Positions 1 through 9,897 of a stretch of 64,000 nt of DNA are shown here, piece by piece. Position 1 is the first letter of the stretch. Each line of letters opens with the position of its first letter. The position numbers were made by a program, and so were the translations under genes. This DNA is from an uncultured Candidatus Bathyarchaeia archaeon. Lineage in GTDB: Archaea > Thermoproteota > Bathyarchaeia > TCS64. The notes under the pieces are model-generated. The model had not been told where the DNA came from. It was given only the letters and a program-made list of their open reading frames with translations, and did no database searches. Location: NCBI GenBank assembly GCA_964559475.1, contig CAZLHX010000001.1, positions 49-64,048 of the forward strand, in the 5' to 3' direction.

Positions 1-133
1 GAGGCTTTTCAAGAAAAACGTCTGATTCTAGAACCAATCCCTTAATACATAATCTTGAGCTCATTTTTTATGTCTTCCAAAAGTTTTAGAAATGTTGTTA
101 ATATCGTCAATTTTTATTTAAAAAAAGGGGAAG

Positions 134-295
134 TTAAGATTTTGGTACTGTGTGACTCAATTTTCCTTCAGAGTAATAAGCGCTGAAAATTTTTTCACAT
201 TTAGAGCATTTAGAGGATTTGGCATCAAACTTGCCAAATTTCCAGGTTTTACCTGTTTCTTCTGCTTTCCCACCACATCTAGGACATTCTAACAT
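134..295 (-). CDS. Small zinc-ribbon protein, 53 aa, below the ORF-track cutoff
   Basis: Hand translation of the minus strand gives MLECPRCGGKAEETGKTWKFGKFDAKSSKCSKCEKIFSAYYSEGKLSHTVPKS. It has two CxxC pairs (CPRC, CSKC). ATG is at 293-295 and TAA at 134-136. Confidence 0.45.
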   Translation of the reverse strand: MLECPRCGGKAEETGKTWKFGKFDAKSSKCSKCEKIFSAYYSEGKLSHTVPKS

Positions 296-773
296 TGTGG
301 TTCATCTATTTATTGTATATATATTACTTAAACTTTTAGGATAAATATAAAAAAATGAGACAATTTTCCCTCTTTCAAATTATTCTACATATAATTACAA
401 TCATGAATAAGGGCAACTTAAACAAATCCCTGAACAAAGTGAACTACTGCTACCACTGGTGCTATCAGATATCATTTTATTTCTATCAAAAAGCTCAACC
501 CAGCAATCTAAATAAACCAATTTTCTTAAGTTCTTTATGATTTGCCTGAAGAAGACTTAGTCCTTCTTCACTTCTATTACATAATTCACATGATCCCGTG
601 TTTATACCTAAATTAGAATAACATAATAATCTTTAGAGAAAATAGAAGCCTTTTAATGCATTTTAAAAACCTAAAATCAAAAAAGTCACAAATTTATTTA
701 TCAGAAATTCAAATAGTGAATTTGTAACATCAATGATTTCAAATTATGTTTGCTCTGAAAGATAATCTACCAC

Positions 774-1844
774 TTAATAATATTTTTCCAGAACTGAAAA
801 CAGAATTCCTATTGTCCCTGTCATCATCACATCCCCTCCTGGAGCTGCTTGAACATACTCAATTGAACTGCCTTTAAGAATACCACGTCTGGGACCTGTA
901 ACTGCAATTTTATCGATATTTGAAAATCCGGGCATATCTTCGAGAATTACAGCTCCATGACCTCCATCCTCGAAGACTTCTTTATGAGTTATATTACCCT
1001 CAGCTAGCCCTATTATCAAGTCTTCAAGCTTCTTTCCTGTTAAACCTCCAGTATGGTGCTCAAAGAACCCTAGTACTTGATTATTTCGTATAATTGCTGC
1101 CATGGTGTGTCCATTACCTACATTTACCGCGAGGACATCATCATGATCTTTTACATTTTCGTCTTCGAGACATCCTCTAACTGCACTGGAAGATGTATCC
1201 ATCACATAGACGGGGGTATTTGGTAGGAATGATTTTACAGATGATATACCAGAGTTCATACGGATAAAATAATCCGGCACATCATTTGTTGAGAATAGAA
1301 AGGTATCAATGCTCGGATTCTTTAATAGGAATTCTCTATACTTCCTTATTCTAAACTCCCGGTTACTCATTTCCTCTTCTGGAGCACCATGATCTTTTAC
1401 CGAGAGGGCTACAAAATCAACATCCTTTACCGTCTCTCCAAATCCCCTCAAGAATTTGTCGTATTTATCTAATTGAATCTCATCAAGGAAAATGGGTTCT
1501 CCACTGAATTTTTCAGTTTCATCAATTATTGTAACCCCAATTTTTCTTACTTGATCAAGGTTATTTCTTATACTGTAAGCGGCTGTCGGAGTCATATATA
1601 CCTTAAGCCCCCTCAAGATATGGGTTCTAATCTTAGACATAAGTGGTCCCCCTCCTATGGTATAACCCGAGAGAATTACGTCTAAGTTTTTACTTGTCGC
1701 CGACCTCAACTGCTCGGCATAATATCGAGGAGGGGAGGGGAGAACGAGTTTTATCGAGTTCTCTATAGCCTGCCCCTCTTGGTATAATAGAAAATCTGCT
1801 GTGCCTGCACCGATATCGATGGCTAGAGCTTTCATGATTAACAC
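774..1844 (-). CDS. ASKHA-fold (actin/Hsp70/sugar-kinase-like) ATPase family protein, DUF1786-like
   Basis: 356-aa ORF. The N-terminal phosphate-1 motif is LAIDIGAGTADFLLY and a later motif is AVNVGNGHT. The first codon is GTG; an alternative ATG lies at 1835. Confidence 0.55.
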   Translation of the reverse strand: MLIMKALAIDIGAGTADFLLYQEGQAIENSIKLVLPSPPRYYAEQLRSATSKNLDVILSGYTIGGGPLMSKIRTHILRGLKVYMTPTAAYSIRNNLDQVRKIGVTIIDETEKFSGEPIFLDEIQLDKYDKFLRGFGETVKDVDFVALSVKDHGAPEEEMSNREFRIRKYREFLLKNPSIDTFLFSTNDVPDYFIRMNSGISSVKSFLPNTPVYVMDTSSSAVRGCLEDENVKDHDDVLAVNVGNGHTMAAIIRNNQVLGFFEHHTGGLTGKKLEDLIIGLAEGNITHKEVFEDGGHGAVILEDMPGFSNIDKIAVTGPRRGILKGSSIEYVQAAPGGDVMMTGTIGILFSVLEKYY

Positions 1845-1853
1845 AGAATAGAG

Positions 1854-3041
1854 TTATGAGTTATTAGATTCTTCCCAGATTATTTCATCTGCTCTATTAA
1901 ATAATGCAAAGCTCTCAAGGTTTTCCCAGAGTTCATTCGTATAATCTTCTGAAGGCTTAAACCCGTCTTCTAACCAGTATCCAATGATTACCAGTTTTCT
2001 GTTTTCTCGGTCCATTTTTGGTTCAATCCTAGAAACCAGTCTTTCCCCATAGAGTACAGGAAAATGATAGTATCCATAGGTTCTATCTTTTTGAGGGACG
2101 TATATCTCGAGCTTGGGTTCAAAGTCGAATAGTAAACTGATCCTTTCCCTGTTCCACATGAAATTGTCAAAGTAACCTATCAGTTGAACACCATGGAAAA
2201 CTGGTTCAACACGTTCTTCTATAAGATTAAGGTCCTCTGTTAGACAGTAGTAAGGATCTTTATCCCAGTCTACCTCATATTTACTAACATCTCCTTCACT
2301 AACTAGACGGTCTAGAAGCTCTTGAATTTCTCTTGCAGTCCTCTCCAGTTTTACGGAACGATCATAATAATAACTTCTGATCTCCTGAGATTTGGCAAGT
2401 CCTAGGCAGCTTAACGTCTTTTTTATGAAGAAAAGGACTCTTTCTTTCTCATCAGGTGGATTTGTATCAACCCAATCTGGAATAATTTTTTCAGCTAAAT
2501 CATAATATTTCTGAAAGTTCTCTCTACGATCTATAAGAAGAATCCCAGCACCGAAAAAAAGCTCTAGAGCAAGCTTCGCGGGTTTCCAGTTCCACCAACC
2601 CCCTGTCCTTGTGGGGCCGTCAAAGTCTTTAGAAGAAATTGGTCCTTCCTCCTTTACCCGGTCCAAGACTATATCTAGTAATTCTGGGTCAGTCTTTCCC
2701 CACTTCTTAAAATTTGATTTAATTTCCTTTTCTCTAACTTCCATGGCGTGCTTGTAAAATCTGAAGTCCTTGAAAGGGATATAGCAGGCTGCATGTGCAT
2801 TATACTCGAATAATCGCCTCTCTTTGTATGTTAATTCCCAGAGACGCTTTTTGTCATACTTCCCTAACCTAGTCCAGAGGGTAATAAAATGAGCTCTCTC
2901 TACTACATTTATTGTATCAATCTGTACACACCCTAATTTATCAACAGTTTTATAGACGTTATAACTGTCCAAATTAAAGGAATCGGTTATCCCCTGTTTT
3001 TTCATCATCAGACGGCGGGCAGCTTCTTTGCTAATAGTCAA
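1854..3041 (-). CDS. Winged-helix DNA-binding protein, YcaQ/AlkZ-like (DUF1006) DNA glycosylase family
   Basis: 395 aa. The N-terminus ISKEAARRLMMKKQGI is typical of the family, as are the QIDTINVVERAH motif and the overall length. TTG start. Confidence 0.65.
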   Translation of the reverse strand: MTISKEAARRLMMKKQGITDSFNLDSYNVYKTVDKLGCVQIDTINVVERAHFITLWTRLGKYDKKRLWELTYKERRLFEYNAHAACYIPFKDFRFYKHAMEVREKEIKSNFKKWGKTDPELLDIVLDRVKEEGPISSKDFDGPTRTGGWWNWKPAKLALELFFGAGILLIDRRENFQKYYDLAEKIIPDWVDTNPPDEKERVLFFIKKTLSCLGLAKSQEIRSYYYDRSVKLERTAREIQELLDRLVSEGDVSKYEVDWDKDPYYCLTEDLNLIEERVEPVFHGVQLIGYFDNFMWNRERISLLFDFEPKLEIYVPQKDRTYGYYHFPVLYGERLVSRIEPKMDRENRKLVIIGYWLEDGFKPSEDYTNELWENLESFALFNRADEIIWEESNNS

Positions 3042-3060
3042 ATCAATGATAATGATATTG

Positions 3061-4302
3061 TTAGGGCTTTAATGTTTTGAAGGAGTATAAATAACCTAAA
3101 TGATCAAATACGTAAAGATGATCCCCGACAGTAACAGGGACTCCCGATATCCCTGAATTGAGTAATATTTTCTCCTTTAAGGTTCCTTTAAGTGAGTCTA
3201 AAATATAGATATACCCATCACGTGAACCTATGATAATGGTCTTGGTAGAATTTACAAGGGTTGGAGAGGAAATTATCTTACCCTCAGTTGAGTATCTCCA
3301 GAGCATCTTACCCGTCGTCATGTTAATTGCATAAAACATTCCGTAATGGTTTCCAAAGTAGACGATTTTATTCCAGATATCAAGAGTTGGAGAAGACATG
3401 CTAGCTGAGTTTGATTTAAATGACCATATCGCTTTACCACTGTAGACATCGATGGCGTAAAGGTAACTATCCCAGGAAGTTATGTAGACAACCCCATTGT
3501 ATACTGATGCAGTCGATTTTATGTCCCCCTGAGTCTTGAACACCCACCTCTCAGAATAATCGATAATAGAGTAACAGTATAGACAGCCATCATTTGCACC
3601 TATTATGATGCTTCCACTCTCAGGATCTATCGTTGGGGTACTATGAGGGTGGCTTCCCAGTTTACTGCTTCTGAATAACTCCAAACCAGTTTCAGCAGCA
3701 ACCCCCACCAAATAACCAGCTGGCTCCCTCGTCTCAACTCCAATATAAACTACCCCGTTGTATAGAACTGGGGAGGACCCAATATAACCTCCAAGTTTGT
3801 TCTCCCATACAAATTTTCCTGAAATTTTATCAACCGCATAGATCCAGCCATCATAAGCTCCAATATATACGAGACTCAAATCAGGATTTACAGTTGGAGA
3901 ACCATGGATCCCATTTTTTGAATTACGTGTATAGAAATTCCAAATAATCTTACCAGATAGCCGATCAACTGCAATTAACTCACCAGTATCCAAGCCAAGA
4001 TATATCTTATAATCATCAACAGCTGGAGAAGATTTCGAGGCCCCATATTCACCAATGTTTAACCTCTTAGTCTTCCACTCCAGCATGAGTCCCTCATCAA
4101 CCTTACAATCAATGGGAGCAACTCCTCTATGGGTTACATCAAATCTATATGTCAACCAAGGTGTGCTCGAATTAATAATAGCCTCTTTGAACACTAATAC
4201 AGATGGCTCAGGTTCATACTGTACCCCGTAAATTATGATCAAAGATAGAAAAATAACTAAAGTTGGTAGAATCTTACCTTTAATTACAAATTTTTGGTTC
4301 AA
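3061..4302 (-). CDS. Membrane-anchored PQQ-like / BamB-like beta-propeller repeat protein
   Basis: 413 aa with an N-terminal TM segment (ILPTLVIFLSLIIIYGV). Repeated G-x-hydrophobic-YA-hydrophobic-D-x-x-(S/T)GK-x-hydrophobic-W blades occur (IYAVDKISGKFVW, LYAIDVYSGKAIW, FYAINMTTGKMLW). Confidence 0.75.
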   Translation of the reverse strand: MNQKFVIKGKILPTLVIFLSLIIIYGVQYEPEPSVLVFKEAIINSSTPWLTYRFDVTHRGVAPIDCKVDEGLMLEWKTKRLNIGEYGASKSSPAVDDYKIYLGLDTGELIAVDRLSGKIIWNFYTRNSKNGIHGSPTVNPDLSLVYIGAYDGWIYAVDKISGKFVWENKLGGYIGSSPVLYNGVVYIGVETREPAGYLVGVAAETGLELFRSSKLGSHPHSTPTIDPESGSIIIGANDGCLYCYSIIDYSERWVFKTQGDIKSTASVYNGVVYITSWDSYLYAIDVYSGKAIWSFKSNSASMSSPTLDIWNKIVYFGNHYGMFYAINMTTGKMLWRYSTEGKIISSPTLVNSTKTIIIGSRDGYIYILDSLKGTLKEKILLNSGISGVPVTVGDHLYVFDHLGYLYSFKTLKP

Positions 4303-4457
4303 GATTACCTAAGAAAACTCGTATTTGATAGTAATAAGATATTAGATGGATCTCTAATTTAATAGAGAGTATTTATTTTGTATTTCTGAAATTCTTTTGA
4401 TTTAATTAAATAGGATAAAGAGGAGCAGGATAAGAGAGATACTTTAGTACTTTTTAC

Positions 4458-5240
4458 TTATTTAATCGCTATAAAAACAATGTATTTTGATCTCTTATCT
4501 ATTTCATTAAAACTAAAATCAGAGTAAGATTCTTTATAGTTCCAACCAGCGGATGCAGTTAACACCTTTAGCTCCTCAAAACTATATAACCTATTATTGA
4601 AATCTATGCTTCCAATTTTCTTTAAGCTATTATCATCCTCTTTATAAAAAGTCCAACGCGCCTTAAGCCTAGAATTATTGAAATCAAAAAAGGATTCCTG
4701 CAATCTGATAAAGCCATTAATCCTTCGAATTTTTTTATCTTTATCAAGCATTGCACCATAATCTTTTCTCATCATGTGTAAAATAAGGATCCCATTATCT
4801 TTTGATAGTTCATGTAACTGATTTAGAATACTCAAATCAGTATCTACATCATAGTAACCCAGTGATGTGAAAAGACTCAGAGCAGAATTAAAAAACGTTC
4901 CTTCTAAAAAAAAGCCTATTTTTCGCATATCTCCTTCTATAAACCTACACCTGTTTGAGAATCCTTTTTTCACTGATTCTTTTTTGGCTATTGTGAGAAA
5001 ATCACTGGAAATATCTACTCCCAACACATTAAATCCTCTCGATGCAAGTTCAATAGAGTGTCTTCCTATACCACATGCGAGATCTAGAATATGTGAATCC
5101 ACAGGAACACTATATTTATCGAATATGTTTACTATCCCATCAACTTGAAACTCAGCTTTACTAATTCTTTCTTCAAGTAATGGTAGAAACAGTTCAGGAT
5201 TTTTAATGAAAACTTGACTAGTCCAGTGATCTTTACTCAT
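4458..5240 (-). CDS. Class I SAM-dependent methyltransferase
   Basis: 260 aa. Motif I is ILDLACGIGRHSIELASRGFNVLGVDIS, followed by an acidic post-I residue. Confidence 0.8.
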   Translation of the reverse strand: MSKDHWTSQVFIKNPELFLPLLEERISKAEFQVDGIVNIFDKYSVPVDSHILDLACGIGRHSIELASRGFNVLGVDISSDFLTIAKKESVKKGFSNRCRFIEGDMRKIGFFLEGTFFNSALSLFTSLGYYDVDTDLSILNQLHELSKDNGILILHMMRKDYGAMLDKDKKIRRINGFIRLQESFFDFNNSRLKARWTFYKEDDNSLKKIGSIDFNNRLYSFEELKVLTASAGWNYKESYSDFSFNEIDKRSKYIVFIAIK

Positions 5241-5408
5241 CTGATCTATATGTTCAAATTATGTTATGAAAATATTTCCAGTAAAAATTTACAGATATCA
5301 AAATTATCCACATCTTCTTCAACAATAAAACAAGAATCTCTTAATCAACTCAATAATTTTTAACATAAAAGAAGGTTTTTAACCTATTATTATTCACCAA
5401 GAAGAATA

Positions 5409-5714
5409 ATGGCAAGTATCCCCCTAAATGAACAAATAAAGTGGCTTAAAACAAGACAAGAAGCATTACTCGATGATGTAATCAGCAACTTGGATGACAT
5501 TCCTGAAAAAATTCAGAAAGAAATAATAAGCGATCTCATAAAATATGTAAGAATAAGTCAAGAAATACAAAATCTAGGTTTTTTAGCAATACTAACACAT
5601 ATGGTTGAGACTCAATCAGCCATTGATGATGAACTTATGGACATATCTGACTACATGGCCACGATTCTAAGTATTCATAGAAAAGAAGCAGAAAACCTTG
5701 AGAAGCTAATTTAA
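5409..5714 (+). CDS. Hypothetical small helical protein
   Basis: 101-aa ORF in an otherwise non-coding gap. No recognisable motif. Confidence 0.35.
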   Translation: MASIPLNEQIKWLKTRQEALLDDVISNLDDIPEKIQKEIISDLIKYVRISQEIQNLGFLAILTHMVETQSAIDDELMDISDYMATILSIHRKEAENLEKLI

Positions 5715-5748
5715 TCATAATTCTAAAATAAAAAATCTAAATACTGAA

Positions 5749-5764
5749 CTATCAATATTGATAG
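5749..5764. promoter_or_regulatory. Perfect 16-nt palindrome ctatcaatattgatag, directly followed by the TATA-like ctataaata, upstream of tfb
   Basis: Read directly from the sequence. It lies between the stop of 5409..5714 and the tfb start. Confidence 0.3.
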
Positions 5765-5911
5765 CTATAAATACATTCGTAGTATATTCTATACAAGTTT
5801 TTACAAGAATAGTATAAAATAAATCACTGGGATTAATCTTCATCATGTAAATTACTTGATAAACAATTATAAGTGAAAACCCCATGTCATTACTTGACTC
5901 TGAGGGGTTAA

Positions 5912-6835
5912 GTGGTTATTTTACAGAAAAGCTCGGAAAAATGCTCAGTTTGCGAGTCAAAAAATATTATCATGGATATGGAAACTGGGGAAATAGTATG
6001 TAGAGACTGCGGTTATGTACACGCGGATAATTCAATAGATACTGGCCCCGAATGGAGGGCCTTTAATCTTCAACAGAGAGAAAATAGAACCAGAACCGGA
6101 GCCCCCATTAAACTTACTATACACGACCACGGATTAAGCACATCAATAAGCAGAAGAAATAGAGACTATGCTGGTAGAAACCTAAAACCAGATGTAAGAA
6201 GCCAGTTCTACAGACTTCGAAAATGGAATAGGAGAACCAAGGTAACTGATAGTACCCAGAGAAACTTAGCCAAAGCATTAAGCTACATGACGCACCTGGC
6301 AAATGAGTTAAGTTTACCCCAAAATATCTCGGAGACGGGAGCAATAATTTATAGACAGGTTCTCAAGAAAGGTGCTACGCGAGGAAGAACTATCAGGAAT
6401 CTAGTAGTCGCATCATTGTATATTGCTTGTAGAATCTGTGGTGTATCTAGGTCTCTAAAGACTTTTGCTGAGGAGGCTAATATTACAAAGAAAGAGGCAG
6501 CTCGAAATTACCGATATTTACATAATCTTTTAGATAAAGATATACCAGGGATTAGCACAGGAAAGGTAATTTCAAAACTGGTCAAACAACTAAAACTATC
6601 TGGAAATGTAGAGAGAGTTGCATTGGATCTTCTGAATACTGCGACTGATATGAAACTTACTTCAGGTAAAAGTCCTACTGGAATAGCTGCTGCTTGTATA
6701 TATGTTGGTTGTAGAATTACTGGGGAGAAAATAACTCAACATAAAATTGCCGCGAAAGGGAAGATTACTGAGGTTACTATAAGAAACAGGTATAAAGAGC
6801 TAGTCAAACGGATGGATATTAAGACGGCTATTTAG
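5912..6835 (+). CDS. tfb: Transcription initiation factor IIB (TFB)
   Basis: 307 aa. The N-terminal Zn ribbon is CSVCES..x..CRDCGYV. A B-reader motif (GPEWRAF) and two cyclin-fold repeats follow. GTG start is preceded by GAGGGG. Confidence 0.95.
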   Translation: MVILQKSSEKCSVCESKNIIMDMETGEIVCRDCGYVHADNSIDTGPEWRAFNLQQRENRTRTGAPIKLTIHDHGLSTSISRRNRDYAGRNLKPDVRSQFYRLRKWNRRTKVTDSTQRNLAKALSYMTHLANELSLPQNISETGAIIYRQVLKKGATRGRTIRNLVVASLYIACRICGVSRSLKTFAEEANITKKEAARNYRYLHNLLDKDIPGISTGKVISKLVKQLKLSGNVERVALDLLNTATDMKLTSGKSPTGIAAACIYVGCRITGEKITQHKIAAKGKITEVTIRNRYKELVKRMDIKTAI

Positions 6836-7016
6836 AGGAAGTCTGTTCAACACTCATTTTTATCATCCAATTTATGGGAGTATCTAGTTTACGATTACGC
6901 TTAGCAAAGTGTTTACATTTGTGATATTCTTTGAGGCAGAGGGATACAAAGAAGAACTTTGTAACTCTGAATTTGCAATTCTTTAGATAAGGGCACCCAT
7001 CTGACCTTTTACTCAT
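6828..7016 (-). CDS. Hypothetical small basic Cys-rich protein
   Basis: 62 aa with the pattern C-x5-C-x12-C-x6-C (GCPYLKNC...CLKEYHKC). It converges on tfb and overlaps it by 8 nt. Confidence 0.3.
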   Translation of the reverse strand: MSKRSDGCPYLKNCKFRVTKFFFVSLCLKEYHKCKHFAKRNRKLDTPINWMIKMSVEQTSSK

Positions 7017-7131
7017 TAAGGCAACTCATAGAGTATAAGTAATCAATGATTAAAAATATTCATCATTTTGAAGATATTTCTTGGTTTGATTTATTAACAC
7101 AATATCATTCGTAAAAAAGGTGTAAGGAAAA

Positions 7132-8061
7132 TTAGGGAGTCTCGTCAACTAGGCTTTTAATGTCTAATATGAAGCTTTGACCTTCACCTGACATAACAAG
7201 TGGAAGCTTACCATCCCACTGGTTTAACCAGAGATACTGGGCGTATTCATCAGTCATCTGTGTGGTGATTAACTGTATGGCTTCGGCTGTTGCATTGGCT
7301 GAGATAATCTGAGCGCTTGCTTCACCTTGTGCTCGTGTAATAGTCGCATTCTTCGCTGCTTCAGCTTGAATTATCTGTTGCTGAGCCTCGTAACGTATCC
7401 TCTCCAACTCGTTCTTAGCTTTAAGAGCCTCTTGCTCAGCCGTCACTTTAGCCTCTATTGCATCAGAAAAAGAGGCGCTAAACTGAAAATCAGTAAGACT
7501 TACTGAAACAACATTGATGTTAAATACGCTTAGTCTCTCAGCAAGAATTTCATCAAAAGTTGACTTTACTTCTGCACGTTTAGTGATGAGCTCTTCTGCT
7601 TTGTAAGTAGCAGTTGTTGCTTTTAGAGTCTCCTCAATGTTTGGTTTAATGACTCTTGAGACGTAGTCCTGTCGTAAATCCTTATAAATTATATTGACTT
7701 TGCTTTGATCTAATCGATAATTTACCGCGACTGTTGTCGATACTTCTTGGAGGTCCTTTGTGGCAGTGGATTCAGTAGACTCAGCTTTCTGTATCTGAAC
7801 ATCCATGAAAATTACTCGTTGAGTAACAGGGTTCTTGAAATTGAGACCTTCACTTAGAATTCTGTCCTCCACCTTTCCCAAAGTGATCAAGACGCCTCTT
7901 GTACCAGAAGGCACCTGTACTATAGCCAAGGAGCCCAGACTTACTACAATCAGTATCAAAACAATACCAACAACAATTATACCCCCAGCTCTACTTCCTC
8001 GAGGCATATCAGGGAAATCACGCCCAAACCTGTTTTCAAATTCTCTAAACATAAATTCCAA
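7132..8061 (-). CDS. SPFH/Band 7 (prohibitin/stomatin-like) membrane protein
   Basis: 309 aa. An N-terminal TM segment (GIIVVGIVLILIVVSLGSLAIV) is followed by an SPFH core and an Ala/Glu/Gln-rich coiled-coil tail. Confidence 0.85.
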   Translation of the reverse strand: MEFMFREFENRFGRDFPDMPRGSRAGGIIVVGIVLILIVVSLGSLAIVQVPSGTRGVLITLGKVEDRILSEGLNFKNPVTQRVIFMDVQIQKAESTESTATKDLQEVSTTVAVNYRLDQSKVNIIYKDLRQDYVSRVIKPNIEETLKATTATYKAEELITKRAEVKSTFDEILAERLSVFNINVVSVSLTDFQFSASFSDAIEAKVTAEQEALKAKNELERIRYEAQQQIIQAEAAKNATITRAQGEASAQIISANATAEAIQLITTQMTDEYAQYLWLNQWDGKLPLVMSGEGQSFILDIKSLVDETP

Positions 8062-8202
8062 TTATCACCACTTCCTTTTCTATGTTACTAAAAACTACTA
8101 ATCCAGAACTTTAGCAATTGAGTAATAGAGCACTAAACAATACCAGTGGTGAAGAATCGCTATAAACTCAAAAATCGATTCAATTAAATCAAGTGGGATA
8201 TA

Positions 8203-8727
8203 ATGAGTTTCTCTTCAAAAATTGATGTGCTCGAGCTCCTCATCAGCATAATAAAAGAACACGAACTAAAAATGGACAATTTAATCGAGCGGCTTGAGAT
8301 AGTAAATAACACTATTAAAAACACACCTGAGCTGAGCGTAAGATACCAACCAGGTAAGCTAACCCAAGATAAAGATCTCAGTAGCATTCTCATAGTAGAT
8401 GATGATAAGAATCTAGCTGAGAGCTTTAAGATCGTCCTCCAGAGCGTAGGGTTCGATGTAGATGTAGCGAGAACCGGTATGCAGGCTATTTACCACACAA
8501 GGATAAAAAATTATGACTTGGTTTTATTGGACGTTAATCTGCCTGATATGATGGGGGATGAGGTAGCTGAGAGATTATATGAGGAAGATGATGATCTTAA
8601 TATCATCTTTATAACAGGATACAAACAGTTTCAGGATGAAATGCAAGATTATCACAGCGTTCTTATGAAACCAATACCTCCCGAAGAACTAGTCAATATC
8701 ACCAAGAACTCTGTGAAAAACTCCTAA
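8203..8727 (+). CDS. Single-domain response regulator (receiver) with an N-terminal coiled-coil extension
   Basis: 174 aa. Receiver motifs are ILIVDDD, DLVLLDVNLPDMMG, IIFITGY and LMKP. There is no output domain. Confidence 0.8.
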   Translation: MSFSSKIDVLELLISIIKEHELKMDNLIERLEIVNNTIKNTPELSVRYQPGKLTQDKDLSSILIVDDDKNLAESFKIVLQSVGFDVDVARTGMQAIYHTRIKNYDLVLLDVNLPDMMGDEVAERLYEEDDDLNIIFITGYKQFQDEMQDYHSVLMKPIPPEELVNITKNSVKNS

Positions 8728-8787
8728 TTTATACAATTTTTCTGTAGAACTTGATATATCATTGAGGACATATTATATTTACTCGAT

Positions 8788-9840
8788 ATGAGAGATTTAA
8801 CAGAAGAGGAATTACAAAGAGCTGAGAAAATTCATAAATCATCTACAGTTGTGGATACTCATAATGATACAATTCTGCATCTAATTGATTCGCCTCCATT
8901 TATAGCTAATCCAGGGGAGCAAATACCCCCTAGACGGAGACTTGGTGAGAGATCAGAACACGGACAGATAGATATTCCCCGAATAATCGAGGGAGGGGTT
9001 AACTGCCTTATTTTTGCAATGTACGTAAACCCACATTACTCCTCAAGACTTCTACGCTTACTCCAAATGCTAGATACTTTTCAAAAAGAAACAGAAGAAA
9101 ACAAAGACACGATAGCCATAGTAAAAAACTATAACGAGATAACTGAGACCATAAAAAAAGGAAAAATAGCAGCCCTAATATCAGTCGAAGGAGGAGAGCC
9201 TCTTGAAGGCAAAATTGAGACCCTCAGAACGATATGTCGACTGGGAGTTAGATCACTGACGCTAACTCACTTTCCAAGAAACCAGTTGGGGGATGGCTCA
9301 GGAGCAGATAGTGGGTCACATCTGACCGAATTTGGTAAAGAGGTTGTTCAGGAAATGAACAAGCTGGGAATGATCATCGATATAAGTCATCTAAATGAGG
9401 CTGGGTTCTGGGATGTAATAGAATTAACAAAAGAACCTATACTAGCCACACACTCCAACTGTAAAGCCCTTTGCAGTCATCATAGAAACCTTACAGACGA
9501 GCAGATTAAGGCAGTTTCTGATACTGGTGGAGTACTTAATCTAAGCTTCTGTGGTTCATTTTTAAAGAATGGAATTGATTTCGGTGACAAGGCATCTCTT
9601 GAAGAGCTCCAAGTCGATGATTGGCTTGATCATTTAGATCATGCTGTAAATCTAGTGGGCTCAGAATATGTAGGAATTGGGTCGGATCTCGATGGAGGCT
9701 GTGGTTTCCCCGATCTCGAGGACATTACAAAGTTTCCCAGACTAACCCAGGGGATGGTTTACCGGGGGTACTCTGAGAAGGAGATAAAAAGAATTCTGGG
9801 AGAAAATAACATGAGAGTATTCAAAGAGGTATTGAATTAA
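8788..9840 (+). CDS. Membrane (renal-type) dipeptidase, peptidase family M19
   Basis: 350 aa with VVDTHNDT near the N-terminus, plus SLTLTHF, IIDISHL, ATHSN and GIGSDLDG. Confidence 0.85.
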   Translation: MRDLTEEELQRAEKIHKSSTVVDTHNDTILHLIDSPPFIANPGEQIPPRRRLGERSEHGQIDIPRIIEGGVNCLIFAMYVNPHYSSRLLRLLQMLDTFQKETEENKDTIAIVKNYNEITETIKKGKIAALISVEGGEPLEGKIETLRTICRLGVRSLTLTHFPRNQLGDGSGADSGSHLTEFGKEVVQEMNKLGMIIDISHLNEAGFWDVIELTKEPILATHSNCKALCSHHRNLTDEQIKAVSDTGGVLNLSFCGSFLKNGIDFGDKASLEELQVDDWLDHLDHAVNLVGSEYVGIGSDLDGGCGFPDLEDITKFPRLTQGMVYRGYSEKEIKRILGENNMRVFKEVLN

Positions 9841-9897
9841 ATTTCTGGCATTAATTAATACCTTAATTTTATCTACGTAAACCCCCATCAATAAACT

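Noticed and set aside
1-45. Frame-1 is open from the window edge to a TAA at 43-45, which could be the 3' end of an upstream gene.
   Set aside because: Only 14 codons are visible, which is too short to support a call.
355-540. A 61-aa ORF lies in the 480-bp gap upstream of the ASKHA-like gene.
   Set aside because: The peptide is low-complexity and Asn/Ile/Phe-rich, as expected from random AT-rich DNA. It has no RBS and no motif.
548-569. A short hairpin, gaagaag-N8-cttcttc.
   Set aside because: A 7-bp stem in AT-rich spacer is expected by chance, and it has no associated gene end or T-run context.
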